The position numbers and the translations under genes are program-made. From the NCBI GenBank assembly GCA_045222555.1, contig JBGUYY010000091.1, forward strand, positions 11,598-75,597: a DNA stretch of 64,000 nucleotides. The letters run 5' to 3'. Of this stretch, positions 27,789 through 37,741 are shown piece after piece (the stretch's first letter is position 1; every line of letters begins with the position of its first letter). This DNA comes from Bacteroidales bacterium (lineage in GTDB: Bacteria > Bacteroidota > Bacteroidia > Bacteroidales > WCHB1-69). The notes beneath the pieces were generated by a model. That model had not been told where the DNA came from. It did not search any database and saw only the letters and a program-made list of their open reading frames with translations.

Positions 27789-29876
27789 ATGGAAGAAAAA
27801 GACCTTCTCCGCACGGAAAATGATGAAAATCAGCTTTCTAATGCGACTCCTGCTGCCGAAGAACCGGCGCAAGAAAATGTAATTGCAGACACTGCGGAAC
27901 AGCAGACCGAGCCGGCTGTTGCCTCCGAAGAAACGGCTCAAACCCAGTCGGAACAGCCTGCCGAGGAACCCGTTCAGGAAGCTGTTGAAGCTCCTGACGA
28001 AACTCCCGCTGAGGCTCCTGCTGCTACGGCAGAACCCGCCGGCGCACAGGCCATCATGGACGAGATTGAAAACGCCAACACGGAACCCGAAACCGATGAG
28101 GAAAGCGACATGCCGGAAGAGTCGGTGGAACAGCTGGAGGCCGAATATGCGAAACTCTCGCTTGAAGAAGCTGTGGAAGAGCTTCACCGCGTGGCCGCCG
28201 ATCCCGACTACAACCGCATCAAACAGCGCGTGGGCGTGCTCCGCTCCAAAATTATCGCCCTGCTGAAAGAGGACAGAAACCAGAAGTTGGAACAGTTCCT
28301 CGCCGAAGGCGGTCAGAAAGAGAATTTCGAACCTGAGAAGAGCGACATCGAACGCAAATTCGACAACGCCCTCCAGATTTTCAAAAATAATAAAAACAAG
28401 TTCTTAGAAAATATAGAAGCCGAGAAGCAGCATAACCTCGAGATCAAGAACGGTATCATAGAGGACCTTCGCAAGCTGCTCGAAGAGAACGAGGCCAACC
28501 CGAAAAACCTGAAAGAGCTCAATGATAAGTTCAAAGAATTGCAGGAGCGATGGAAGGGCGCGGGCCCCGTGCCACAGAACGAGTCCAACAACCTGTGGCA
28601 GAACTATCATTTCTATGTGGAGAAATTCTTTGACATTCTCCGCATGAACCGTGAACTCAAGGACCTCGACCTGAAGAAGAACCTCGAACAGAAAATCAAA
28701 CTCTGCGAACAGGCAGAATCGTTGCTGCTGCAAGATTCTATTAAGCAGTCATTCAAAGAGTTGCAAGATCTTCACGAGAAGTGGAAAGAGATTGGTCCCG
28801 TGCCGGAAGACAAAAAAGAGGAGCTGTGGGAGCGTTTCAAGAACGCCTCCGACAAGATCAACCAGCGCCGTCGTGAGCATTACGACCAGATTTATGCTGA
28901 ACAGCAGAACAACTACAATGCCAAGGTGGTGCTTTGCGAGAAGGCGGAAGAGGTTACCGCCCAGCCTGCTACCAACGCCAAGGAGTTCAACGCCATCAGC
29001 GACCAGCTCACCGAACTGCTGAAGGTGTGGAAGACCCTCGGCGCAGCACCGGTGAAGGTGAACGAGGAGATCTGGAATCGCTTCAAGGGGACACTCGACA
29101 AATTCTTTGAGAAGAAGAAAGAGTTCTTCGGCAAAATCAAAGACGAGCAGCAGACCAACTACAACATGAAGGTGAACCTCGCCATCCGTGCCGAAGCCAT
29201 CGCCAAACGCACCGACTGGCGCGCCGCCACCGACGAGATTCTGCAGCTCCAGAAGGAATGGAAAGAGATTGGCGCCACCTCGCGCAAGCACTCCGAAGCC
29301 ATCTGGAAACGCTTCCGCACCGCCTGCGACCAGTTCTTCGAAGCCAAATCCAACTATTTCAATAATGCACAAGAAATTGAGACTGAGAATCTTAAAAAGA
29401 AAGAAGAGCTCATCGAGCGATTGAAAAACCACGCTTTCGGTGCCGACCGCAACGAGAACCTTGAGGCCATCAAGGCCTACCAGCGCGAATGGACGGAAAT
29501 CGGTTTTGTTCCTAAAAAAGAAAAAGACCGCATTTATGCTGCCTACCGCGAAGCCCTCGACCAGCGTTTCGCCGACCTCAAGATCAGCGCGGAAGACCGC
29601 AAGCGCGACAACTACCGCAGCCGTATCAACAATATTCTCAGCGACCCCAATGCTGACCGTCTGCTCGACAAGGAGAAACGCTTCTTGATGAACAAGTTGG
29701 AACAGCTGAAGAACGACATCTCCATCTGGGAGAACAACCTCGGTTTCTTCGCCAATTCGAAGAATGCCGACCTGCTGAAGGCTGAGTTCTCGAAGAAGAT
29801 CGACGCCGCCAAGCAGGAGGTGAAAGAGCTGGAGTACAAGCTCAAGATGATGAACGAAAAACCGAAGGAGGAGTAG
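27789..29876 (+). CDS. DUF349 repeat protein
   Basis: Repeated W-K-x-x-G modules: LQERWKGAGPVP, LHEKWKEIGPVP, LLKVWKTLGAAP, LQKEWKEIGATS, YQREWTEIGFVP. Confidence 0.8.
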   Translation: MEEKDLLRTENDENQLSNATPAAEEPAQENVIADTAEQQTEPAVASEETAQTQSEQPAEEPVQEAVEAPDETPAEAPAATAEPAGAQAIMDEIENANTEPETDEESDMPEESVEQLEAEYAKLSLEEAVEELHRVAADPDYNRIKQRVGVLRSKIIALLKEDRNQKLEQFLAEGGQKENFEPEKSDIERKFDNALQIFKNNKNKFLENIEAEKQHNLEIKNGIIEDLRKLLEENEANPKNLKELNDKFKELQERWKGAGPVPQNESNNLWQNYHFYVEKFFDILRMNRELKDLDLKKNLEQKIKLCEQAESLLLQDSIKQSFKELQDLHEKWKEIGPVPEDKKEELWERFKNASDKINQRRREHYDQIYAEQQNNYNAKVVLCEKAEEVTAQPATNAKEFNAISDQLTELLKVWKTLGAAPVKVNEEIWNRFKGTLDKFFEKKKEFFGKIKDEQQTNYNMKVNLAIRAEAIAKRTDWRAATDEILQLQKEWKEIGATSRKHSEAIWKRFRTACDQFFEAKSNYFNNAQEIETENLKKKEELIERLKNHAFGADRNENLEAIKAYQREWTEIGFVPKKEKDRIYAAYREALDQRFADLKISAEDRKRDNYRSRINNILSDPNADRLLDKEKRFLMNKLEQLKNDISIWENNLGFFANSKNADLLKAEFSKKIDAAKQEVKELEYKLKMMNEKPKEE

Positions 29877-31069
29877 TGTTGACACCTGCTGAGCTCATCC
29901 GACAGCACCTCAACGACGACATCTACACGCTGTCGATGCAGCCCCGTTGGCACGAACCTTACGACAAGCGCTGGCTGCTCCTGCAGATCCAGTCGCGACA
30001 GAAAGCCAAGTCGAAGTTGCCGTCATGGTACGGCAACTTCGACTTGCTGTTTCCGCCCCCCTTGTCGGTGGAGCAGTGCTCGTCGGAGCTCACCGCCGGC
30101 TACAAGGCGGCCCTCGCGCACGGCGGCTCCTTGATCGACATGACCGGCGGGATGGGCGTGGACGCCGCCGCCTTTGCCTCCCGCTGCGATACTGTCACCT
30201 TCATCGAGCGGCAGCCCGAGGTGGCCGATGCCGCCCGCCACAACTTCCCCCTCCTCGGCCTTCGCAACATCGAAGTGGTTTGCGGCGACTCCACGGAGCT
30301 GCTCGCCACCCTGCCGCCCGCCGACCACATCTACCTCGATCCCGCCCGCCGCAACGCCGGTCGGAAGGTGTTCCGCCTGGAGGATTGCGAGCCCGACCTG
30401 CTGCAGTTGCTTCCTATGCTGCGCTCCCACACGCGCCATCTGCTTGTGAAACTGTCGCCCCTCATTGACCTCACGCTGCTGCAGCGCCAGCTGCCCGGCA
30501 TCACTGCCCTCCATATCGTGTCGGTACACCATGAGGTGAAGGAGGTGCTGGCGGAGGTGCGCTTCGACCAGCCCGCAACAGTGCCCGACATCGTGTGTGC
30601 CGAGCTGGCGGAGCCGTGTCGCAGCATCACCTTCCATGCCACAGAACAAAAAGACAACAAGATCGTGCTGGCCGAAAGCGTGGAGACCTACCTGTACGAG
30701 CCGCACCCCACGGTGATGAAATCGGGCCTGATGGATGTGCTGGCCATGCGGCATCATCTCAGCAAGTTGCATCCCCACAGCCACCTTTACACTTCCACGG
30801 AGCTGCATAGTGACTTTTTCGGAAGAATTTTCCGGGTGGAGAAGGTGTTTGGTATGGGGAAGAAGGAGCTGAAAGAGGGTTTGGATGGCTTGACGAAAGC
30901 CTGCATCACCACGCGCAACTTCCCCTTGTCGGCAGAACAGCTTCGGAAGAAACTAAAATTGGGCGATGGGGGAGATATCACGCTCTTTGCCACCACGATG
31001 GGCAGCAACCAGCATGTGCTGGTGCGCTGTGTGGCGGTTACTCCATCTTCAGCGTCTTGTAGCCGATAA
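29876..31069 (+). CDS. Class I SAM-dependent methyltransferase with a THUMP-like C-terminal region
   Basis: GTG start overlapping the upstream TAG. SAM motif I-like LIDMTGGMGVDAAAFA, and IYLDPARR. Confidence 0.65.
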   Translation: MLTPAELIRQHLNDDIYTLSMQPRWHEPYDKRWLLLQIQSRQKAKSKLPSWYGNFDLLFPPPLSVEQCSSELTAGYKAALAHGGSLIDMTGGMGVDAAAFASRCDTVTFIERQPEVADAARHNFPLLGLRNIEVVCGDSTELLATLPPADHIYLDPARRNAGRKVFRLEDCEPDLLQLLPMLRSHTRHLLVKLSPLIDLTLLQRQLPGITALHIVSVHHEVKEVLAEVRFDQPATVPDIVCAELAEPCRSITFHATEQKDNKIVLAESVETYLYEPHPTVMKSGLMDVLAMRHHLSKLHPHSHLYTSTELHSDFFGRIFRVEKVFGMGKKELKEGLDGLTKACITTRNFPLSAEQLRKKLKLGDGGDITLFATTMGSNQHVLVRCVAVTPSSASCSR

Positions 31070-32303
31070 GCCGGTCGTAGGCCCCGCCATCATCCAGCAA
31101 ATAAAGCAGGATGAAGTATTCGTTGCCGGTCTCCCAGTGGCTTCCTTCCACATAGGTTTCATCAATCTGCTGGGAGTTGTCGGGCACAAACACATACTGG
31201 TAGTTGTAATACCCCTGTTTGAGGTATAGGGTAGTCTCCCACGAGCTGATGGCGTTGTTGTAGTGCATCTCGGCCTCCGGCACGATGCGCCAGTCGGTGA
31301 GCTGGCCGAACACATACACCTTGCCGCCCGTCAGCGGATAGTCGGAGCGGAGGGTGAAGTAGGTGTGTACATACTCTTCGCGGTTCTCTCCATCGAAATC
31401 CTCGGTTTTGTAGAAACACTTGCCGGCAGCGGTGGTCCCAGACACGTAGGGTCCGTAGGGGCGCGCCATATCCTCCAGCACGTAGGCCACGTTGCGGCCG
31501 TGTTCCAGTCCGCACGACACGATGCGGGTGCCGTTGTATTTCAGACTTTTCAGGTCAAAGGTGCGGAACTCGGAGCCGCCGTTGAACACATTGCTGTTGT
31601 CGTCGTAGTCGAAGCTGTACTCGCCCGGCTTGCCAGCGCGGTAGCGCAGTCCCATGATGGCGTTGTCCCACCGGCCGTTTTGCAAGATGGTGGCATGGAG
31701 GTGCTGTGCAGGGTTGCGAACCGTCCAGCTGCCCGTGTTGGCCACAAAGTCCACCTCCTGTTTTTCGTACATCACGTTCACATCGGAGGCGCGGTGTACC
31801 GTGGCGCTAATGCCTGCCTGCAGCGGTTCCAATACCATGAAGCGGCGCGTCAGCACAGGATGCTCGGGGTCGTCTTCATACACATATAATATATAGTTGC
31901 CCGACCGTGTGATACGCATCAGCTCACCCGGGAACTGGAGCCTATAGTGAACATAGTACTGCAGGGTGTTCATCGAGTAGCTATACTCGGTAATCTCATC
32001 TTCCTGAAACCCTTCCAGATATTCAATCTGATTCATGCCGTCGAGTTTCCAGTCGTGCGTGCAGTGGATAAAGGTATATTTGAAATAGCGCGGCTCGCCG
32101 TTCAGGTCGTCGAAGGTGAGGGTGAGCGGTTCACCGCCCTTTAGGGTCATGATGGGGAAGCCCATCTGGTAGTTCCCGTTATAAAGCTGTACGCTGGTGA
32201 TACCGTCGGTATACACCATGTCGGTGAGCTGGAAGTTAGTGAAATCCTGCGCCCGTACAAGCGTGGCCGAAAGGAGCAGGACGAAGAGGGTGATTCTTTT
32301 CAT
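31038..32303 (-). CDS. DUF5103 protein (type IX secretion system plug-protein family)
   Basis: Signal peptide present. SVQLYNGNYQMGFPIMTLKGGEPLTLTFDDLNGEPRYFKYTFIHCTHDW matches the DUF5103 N-terminal pattern from memory. Its 3' end overlaps the convergent methyltransferase gene by 32 nt. Confidence 0.6.
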   Translation of the reverse strand: MKRITLFVLLLSATLVRAQDFTNFQLTDMVYTDGITSVQLYNGNYQMGFPIMTLKGGEPLTLTFDDLNGEPRYFKYTFIHCTHDWKLDGMNQIEYLEGFQEDEITEYSYSMNTLQYYVHYRLQFPGELMRITRSGNYILYVYEDDPEHPVLTRRFMVLEPLQAGISATVHRASDVNVMYEKQEVDFVANTGSWTVRNPAQHLHATILQNGRWDNAIMGLRYRAGKPGEYSFDYDDNSNVFNGGSEFRTFDLKSLKYNGTRIVSCGLEHGRNVAYVLEDMARPYGPYVSGTTAAGKCFYKTEDFDGENREEYVHTYFTLRSDYPLTGGKVYVFGQLTDWRIVPEAEMHYNNAISSWETTLYLKQGYYNYQYVFVPDNSQQIDETYVEGSHWETGNEYFILLYLLDDGGAYDRLIGYKTLKME

Positions 32304-32326
32304 AATCTATAGGGTAAATGGTTTGA

Positions 32327-33553
32327 TTACTCAAACCTGATGGCATTCACCGGTGTGATGCGTTTCGAGACGAATGTGGCAGGAATGAGAAGCACCAGCA
32401 GACAGATGAGCAGCAGGGCCACGTTGACAGCAATCAGGAAAATCCAGTCGAAGGAGATGGGCACGTAGGGCACGTAGTAGGAGTGTTCGTCGAGTTTGAT
32501 GAGATGGAAATATTTCTGTAATAGACAAATGCCAAATCCCACCACATTGCCGATGAGCATTCCTAACAGAATCATCCGCAGTCCCAAGCGGATGAACACC
32601 CCGCGCACGTCGGCAGTGGTCATGCCCATGGTTTTGAGGATGCCGATGGTGGGCGTGCGCTCTAAAATGATGATGAAGCAGGTGGAGATGAGCGTGATCA
32701 TGCACACGAGGAGGGTGATGGTGAGCAGCACGAACACGTTGGTGTCGAACAGGTCGGTCCATTCGAAGATGGCGGGATAGAGCTGCTTGATGGTATGGGC
32801 TTGCAGGTCGTAGCCGATATGCTGGTGAACATATTCGCCCACCTCGTCGAGCTTGTCGTAGTCGTTGATGAGGATTTCCACGCAGCCCACCTGATTCGTC
32901 TCCCAGCCGTTGATTTTCTGCACATGGCGGAGGTCGCCGATGACATAATGGTCGTCGTACTCGGGCATCCCGGTGCTATAGATGCCGCTGACACGGAAGG
33001 CGCGGTCGAATTTCTTGCCATCGTTCCAGAAATAGCCAAACACCTTGTCGCCCACCTTCAGTTTCAGGCGGTCGGCGATGCTGCGCGACACCAATATGCC
33101 TTTGGTGACGGTGTCGGCCGAAAGTTCCAGTGGCTTTCCTTCCACCAGATTTCTTTGGAACGCCTTCCAGTCGAAGGAAGCATCAATGCCTTTCAGCACG
33201 ATGCCCTCCACCTGCTCGTCGCTTTTGAGCACCCCGCACTTGGTGGCCGCATACTGGATGTGCGCCACATCGGGATTGCCCTTCAGCTCTTTCAGCAGTG
33301 CCGCATCTTTTGTGATGGGATGCACATCGTAGCTGGGGTTGTTTTCGTAATAGGTGATGCGGATGTGCGAGCCCATGTCGATCACCTTCTGTTCGATCAC
33401 CTCACGGTAGCCTGTGGAGATCGAGACCGCTGCGATGATGATGGTCAAACAGATGGCGATACCTGCCACCGAAAGTCGCACGATGGGGCGCGTTTGGCTT
33501 CCCTGCGATGATTTTAGCAGACGGCGCGATAGCAACTGTTTGACGGATTGCAT
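32327..33553 (-). CDS. FtsX-like ABC transporter permease (LolC/E-like)
   Basis: N-terminal TM helix, a MacB-type periplasmic domain, and a C-terminal three-TM FtsX domain (GILKTMGMT...). Confidence 0.8.
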   Translation of the reverse strand: MQSVKQLLSRRLLKSSQGSQTRPIVRLSVAGIAICLTIIIAAVSISTGYREVIEQKVIDMGSHIRITYYENNPSYDVHPITKDAALLKELKGNPDVAHIQYAATKCGVLKSDEQVEGIVLKGIDASFDWKAFQRNLVEGKPLELSADTVTKGILVSRSIADRLKLKVGDKVFGYFWNDGKKFDRAFRVSGIYSTGMPEYDDHYVIGDLRHVQKINGWETNQVGCVEILINDYDKLDEVGEYVHQHIGYDLQAHTIKQLYPAIFEWTDLFDTNVFVLLTITLLVCMITLISTCFIIILERTPTIGILKTMGMTTADVRGVFIRLGLRMILLGMLIGNVVGFGICLLQKYFHLIKLDEHSYYVPYVPISFDWIFLIAVNVALLLICLLVLLIPATFVSKRITPVNAIRFE

Positions 33554-33567
33554 TTTTATAATTTTTT

Positions 33568-34143
33568 TTAGAATTTGTAATTAAACCCTACTTTAATCTC
33601 CATGATGGAATAGACATTCAATTCATCGTAAACGGGGAACAGGAAGAGACCGTACGCCGACCAGTGATCGGTGATGTCCTGCTTGTAACCAGCACCCACG
33701 AGCACGCCATTGGTGTTTTCACGTCCGTCGGCACCACCCGGGAAGCTGAGCCACTCGTATTCGGCGTGCAGCACCAACCGTTTCCAGATATAGCCCTCCA
33801 CGAAGGCACGTGCCCCAAAGATGTGGGTGAAATACTTGATACCGTCTAAGCTTTTGTAATAGCTGAGGTGATAGGTACCGCCAATGCCCACGCAGATGAA
33901 GTCGATGCCGGGACAGATGCCGAAATGGGGAGATACCTGCATGTTGAGCTGGGAGTAGCTGACGCCGAAACCCACGTTGCCGCCCACCACGAACTTCACT
34001 TTCCGTTCGGCGAGGGGACTGTTGTCGCGCACCATGAGACTTTTGGGCAGCGGCACATTCTCCACATCTGTTTGCGCCACTACATCGCCGGCGGTCAACG
34101 CCAGCAAAAGCAGTCCGAAAATTAATCCAAAAATCTTTTTCAT
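33568..34143 (-). CDS. Small outer-membrane beta-barrel-like protein
   Basis: Signal peptide present, alternating beta-strand pattern, C-terminal ...VGFNYKF. Confidence 0.5.
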   Translation of the reverse strand: MKKIFGLIFGLLLLALTAGDVVAQTDVENVPLPKSLMVRDNSPLAERKVKFVVGGNVGFGVSYSQLNMQVSPHFGICPGIDFICVGIGGTYHLSYYKSLDGIKYFTHIFGARAFVEGYIWKRLVLHAEYEWLSFPGGADGRENTNGVLVGAGYKQDITDHWSAYGLFLFPVYDELNVYSIMEIKVGFNYKF

Positions 34144-34371
34144 TTTGTTTATATACAGGGACTTCTGTTTTACAATTCTTGCGCCAAAGCCTCAGACCTT
34201 GCGAGCCCTTTCAACAAAGCCTAAAAATATGACGCTGCAAAGATACGCATTATTTTGTCATCCCCTTCAAAAAAACATCAGAAGGTGGTGTAAAGACACG
34301 AAATATCACCGTCGCTACGATGCATCAGCAGCAGGCCCATCAATATCATTATAGCAATGATTATCAGAATT

Positions 34372-35481
34372 TTAATAACTTTCTTTTTCCAAAACATACG
34401 CTTTAATTTTCTGATAAATTAAATAAGCCCCATAGCTGGAATGATGCTGCCAGTCGTCGAAAGTGCCTGGGAGGGTAGAAAGGTCGGTGCAGTCGATATA
34501 AGCCGCATTTTCCTCTTTCAAAACTTGTACTATATTTTTAGAAACTTGCTGTATTTTAGCAACTTCTTCTGGATACACTTGACTAAAGGCAATCTGGTTG
34601 TAAGGACCTACCACAAACACAATATCCACTCCGCGCTCCTTGCACAGCCGTATCATTGTCCTGAGTTCGTCGGCGCGATAGGTCTCTTCCGGATGGGGTG
34701 TCAGGGTATAAGTGTGTAGGTTGAAAGATTTTAAAACATTCAGGTCGTAGCGATACACACTGCTGTCGGGCCGCGGGGCATGGTCGGGCAGGGGAACAAA
34801 GGTCATGGTATCCTGCCATTTCAAATCCTTCTCAAACGCTGCCCGATGAAGATGGAAACGTAAATCCTGATAGTATTTGCGGCGGGTTTGATCCACATAA
34901 TATCCCAAACCTTCTCCTATCCGATCCATCAGAGACATATTTCTTTTGTTGATCTTCAGGATTTTTATAATATCTTGATTCTTAGTATGATTTGCTTTCT
35001 GATATTCCACACAAGAGACATATCGGTTGAAATAATCAGTATTGCTGGATGCGAGTTGGCTACAGCCGTATGAGGGGTTGAGGTAAAAAATCACCTTCAA
35101 ATCCTTGACATTCTCGTTGCTCTGAATCAGCGGAAAATACACACAAGGAGTTCTGCCCGCGCCCGAAATCACCGAAAAGCCGCAGTGGAGGGCGGTGTCA
35201 CTGTTCAGGAAATCGAAATAGTTGCCCTCGGGTTTCAGTTTGGTTTCGGAAGTGCCTAAGATGAGATAGCCGTTGTGCTGCTTGATGCTGCGCAGAAGCA
35301 AGTCGGTGTAAAGCGGGTTGTTGTCCCGTAGGTCTTGATGCCGAATGGTATAGAGCTGTTGGCTGCTCTCTGGTGCGCGAAACGTGGGGATGCACCAGGC
35401 CACCACTCCCCACACAAGCAGCGAGGCCATTGCCACCACCCCGATTCGGGCCAGATTTTTCAAACGGTATATTTCCTTCAT
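34372..35481 (-). CDS. DltD-like / SGNH-type membrane-anchored acyl-transfer protein partnered with the MBOAT
   Basis: N-terminal anchor IGVVAMASLLVWGVVAWCI. Candidate catalytic Ser in YLILGTSET and Asp/His in FDDWQHH. One-nucleotide start/stop overlap with the upstream MBOAT gene. Confidence 0.5.
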   Translation of the reverse strand: MKEIYRLKNLARIGVVAMASLLVWGVVAWCIPTFRAPESSQQLYTIRHQDLRDNNPLYTDLLLRSIKQHNGYLILGTSETKLKPEGNYFDFLNSDTALHCGFSVISGAGRTPCVYFPLIQSNENVKDLKVIFYLNPSYGCSQLASSNTDYFNRYVSCVEYQKANHTKNQDIIKILKINKRNMSLMDRIGEGLGYYVDQTRRKYYQDLRFHLHRAAFEKDLKWQDTMTFVPLPDHAPRPDSSVYRYDLNVLKSFNLHTYTLTPHPEETYRADELRTMIRLCKERGVDIVFVVGPYNQIAFSQVYPEEVAKIQQVSKNIVQVLKEENAAYIDCTDLSTLPGTFDDWQHHSSYGAYLIYQKIKAYVLEKESY

Positions 35482-36677
35482 CAGAACAACAAGTTAAACA
35501 TCTCCGATAATTTATCGATAGAATAGTTGAAAAAGATCCATCCCACAGTCACAAACAAAAAGGTGGAACCGATGCCTATGGTTTTTCGGACTGGGGTTAG
35601 GGATTTCTCAGTTTTTTTATAGGTAAATAATTTATATACAGAAAGTCCGATACCGTGCCACAGTCCCCACAACAGGAAATTGAGCGTGCTGCCATGCCAC
35701 AATCCGCACACGGCAAAGGTAACCAGATAGGCGGTCACCGACACCACCATGCGATAGCGTGCGATGGACAGCCGGTTCAGCAGGGCGATGACGGGTTTGA
35801 AGACATAGATGCGCAAAAAGGTGGAAAAGGTGATGTGCCAACGTTTCCAAAACTCTGAGGGATTGGTAGAAAAGTAGGGATTGTTGAAGTTTTCCGGCGT
35901 TCGGATGCCCATCATGTAGGCCATGCCGATGGCGATGTCGCAGTAGCCGGAGAAGTCGATGTAGATGTAAAGGGAGTAGAGCAATGCTGCTGTAATGACG
36001 GCGCCCCAGGGACCGAAAAATGGCAGAAGCGCCTCATAATCCACTGCGTACGGCTTGATGAGGGAAACAATCAGCAGTACTTTGACCGCCCCGATGAAAA
36101 TGCGCCCCACGCCGGCGAGCAGCATCCGCACATTGAAGCGCACGCGGGTGGTGTTCACCCAGTAATGGAAATTGTTGAAGGTGTCGATAGGGCCGGCCGC
36201 GAAGGTGGGGAAGAAGAAGAGGTAGTTGAGGTAGGTCAGGGGGTTGCGGCTGCGCAGCGTTCCTTTATAGCTCTCCACCAACCAATGGATGATTCGGAAT
36301 AGAATATAGGAGAGCCCTATCTTCTCCACGGTAAGGAAATGCTTGCCGATGACGTCGGTCCACCAGCTGCCGAGCCACGATTGTACCAGCGGGTAGTTGC
36401 GCACGGCAAAAAAAGTGATCATCAGCAGCAACACACCTCCCAGCAGCCAGCCGCTTTTCCGGTGCTGGAGCAGGCAGCCCGCGCCGTAGGCTACCACCGC
36501 AAACAGGAATAGGAAGAAGAGGGATCGTGGCGAAACGATGTAGGTCAGTATCCAGACATTACCCCCCAACAAGAGCACATTATTCAGCCAGCCTCTCCGA
36601 AAAATCCACTTTCCGCATACAAAGACGAAGAGGAACAGCAGGATGCCGAAAAAGAGAGAATAGCTGGAGAATAACAT
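35481..36677 (-). CDS. MBOAT family O-acyltransferase (AlgI/DltB/PatA-like)
   Basis: Polytopic membrane protein with FWKRWHITFSTFLRIYVF and the conserved His region VCGLWHG. Confidence 0.85.
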   Translation of the reverse strand: MLFSSYSLFFGILLFLFVFVCGKWIFRRGWLNNVLLLGGNVWILTYIVSPRSLFFLFLFAVVAYGAGCLLQHRKSGWLLGGVLLLMITFFAVRNYPLVQSWLGSWWTDVIGKHFLTVEKIGLSYILFRIIHWLVESYKGTLRSRNPLTYLNYLFFFPTFAAGPIDTFNNFHYWVNTTRVRFNVRMLLAGVGRIFIGAVKVLLIVSLIKPYAVDYEALLPFFGPWGAVITAALLYSLYIYIDFSGYCDIAIGMAYMMGIRTPENFNNPYFSTNPSEFWKRWHITFSTFLRIYVFKPVIALLNRLSIARYRMVVSVTAYLVTFAVCGLWHGSTLNFLLWGLWHGIGLSVYKLFTYKKTEKSLTPVRKTIGIGSTFLFVTVGWIFFNYSIDKLSEMFNLLF

Positions 36678-36686
36678 TGCAGTGGA

Positions 36687-37646
36687 TTACACAAATTTCC
36701 GTCTCACCAGGTCGCAGAGGGAGAGGTAGGCCGAGGAGTCAATGTCCCACGAATAGTATTTCTTCAGCATGTCGATGGTCTGGAAAGCCTCGTCGATATT
36801 TTCGCACATGTTCAGTTTCTGGATGGCTTTGCCGAAGTCCTCACCTTTTCCTTTGAAGAGTTCTTTAATGTATAAGAATTTGTCGTTCAAGGAGATGGCT
36901 TTTGAGATATCGTCGATATGTCCGTGCTGGAACTTGGAGGCTAAGGAGTTGTCTTCCTGTCCGAGCAGGTCGTTGAGTGAGCGTTTGGCTTGTGGGGTGG
37001 GCTCTTCGGGGAAGAGTTCGGCAGGAGCAGGTTGGGGATGAGAAGCAGGGGCAGGTTCTTCTTTGATGACAGGAGCAGGTGTGGGGGCGGGGTGATGGAT
37101 GGGTTCCGGCTCCAGTTGTGGTTCGGGTTCACGGATTGGTTCCGGTTCGCGGATCGGTTCCGGTTCAGCGACAGGCTCCGGTTCAGTGGCGGGTTCTTCC
37201 ACTTCGAGGTAGGACAGGATATCGGGAACGGGTTCCGGTTCGGGCTCGACGACTTTGACGGGTTCGGATTTCGGGGCTGGTTGGGGAACCGGTGCGGGCT
37301 CTACCGTGCGGATAGGCTCCGGCGTAGGAGCGGGCTGTTCGTTCTTGATGGAGTGGATTCGGGGTTCAATTTTGAGGACACGAAAAGGTTTCGGCTCTGG
37401 TTTTGCCGCTGGCTCCGGCTCGGGTGTGGGTTCGGGTTTGATTTCGCGGACGGGTTCCGGTTGGACTGTCGGAGCGGGGGTGTTGGCGCACTGCAGCACG
37501 GTCATGTAGGCGTCGCGGAGCAGTTGCAGGGTCACGTCGCGCTCTATCGGTGACATCGGAAGTTGGTTTTCGGCGATAAGTTCCAGCTTGTGAGCGATTT
37601 TCGCCAAATCCTCATAAAAGTTTACATTTTGTTCAAAATTATTCAT
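36687..37646 (-). CDS. Pro/Glu-repeat protein with conserved N- and C-terminal domains
   Basis: No signal peptide. The central part is PEP/EPEP repeats ([22 protein letters not shown]). A 9-nt gap separates it from the MBOAT gene. Confidence 0.6.
   Translation of the reverse strand: MNNFEQNVNFYEDLAKIAHKLELIAENQLPMSPIERDVTLQLLRDAYMTVLQCANTPAPTVQPEPVREIKPEPTPEPEPAAKPEPKPFRVLKIEPRIHSIKNEQPAPTPEPIRTVEPAPVPQPAPKSEPVKVVEPEPEPVPDILSYLEVEEPATEPEPVAEPEPIREPEPIREPEPQLEPEPIHHPAPTPAPVIKEEPAPASHPQPAPAELFPEEPTPQAKRSLNDLLGQEDNSLASKFQHGHIDDISKAISLNDKFLYIKELFKGKGEDFGKAIQKLNMCENIDEAFQTIDMLKKYYSWDIDSSAYLSLCDLVRRKFV
37101..37245 (-). repeat. Coding short tandem/dispersed repeats (GGTTCCGGTTC units encoding EPEP)
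   Basis: Read directly from the sequence, inside the Pro/Glu-repeat CDS. Confidence 0.6.
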
Positions 37647-37741
37647 GTTGAAAGTGGCTAATGGTATTAAAGTTTTTATAAATTTGCGTTCGCAAAAAAA
37701 GCGGCCAAAATTACAATTTTTTTTTCAATAATTTCATCAAA

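Noticed and set aside
28749-29885. 378-aa minus-strand ORF inside the DUF349 gene.
   Set aside because: It is antisense to a frame with five regular DUF349 repeats, is low-complexity Leu/Val/Phe-rich, and has no start context.
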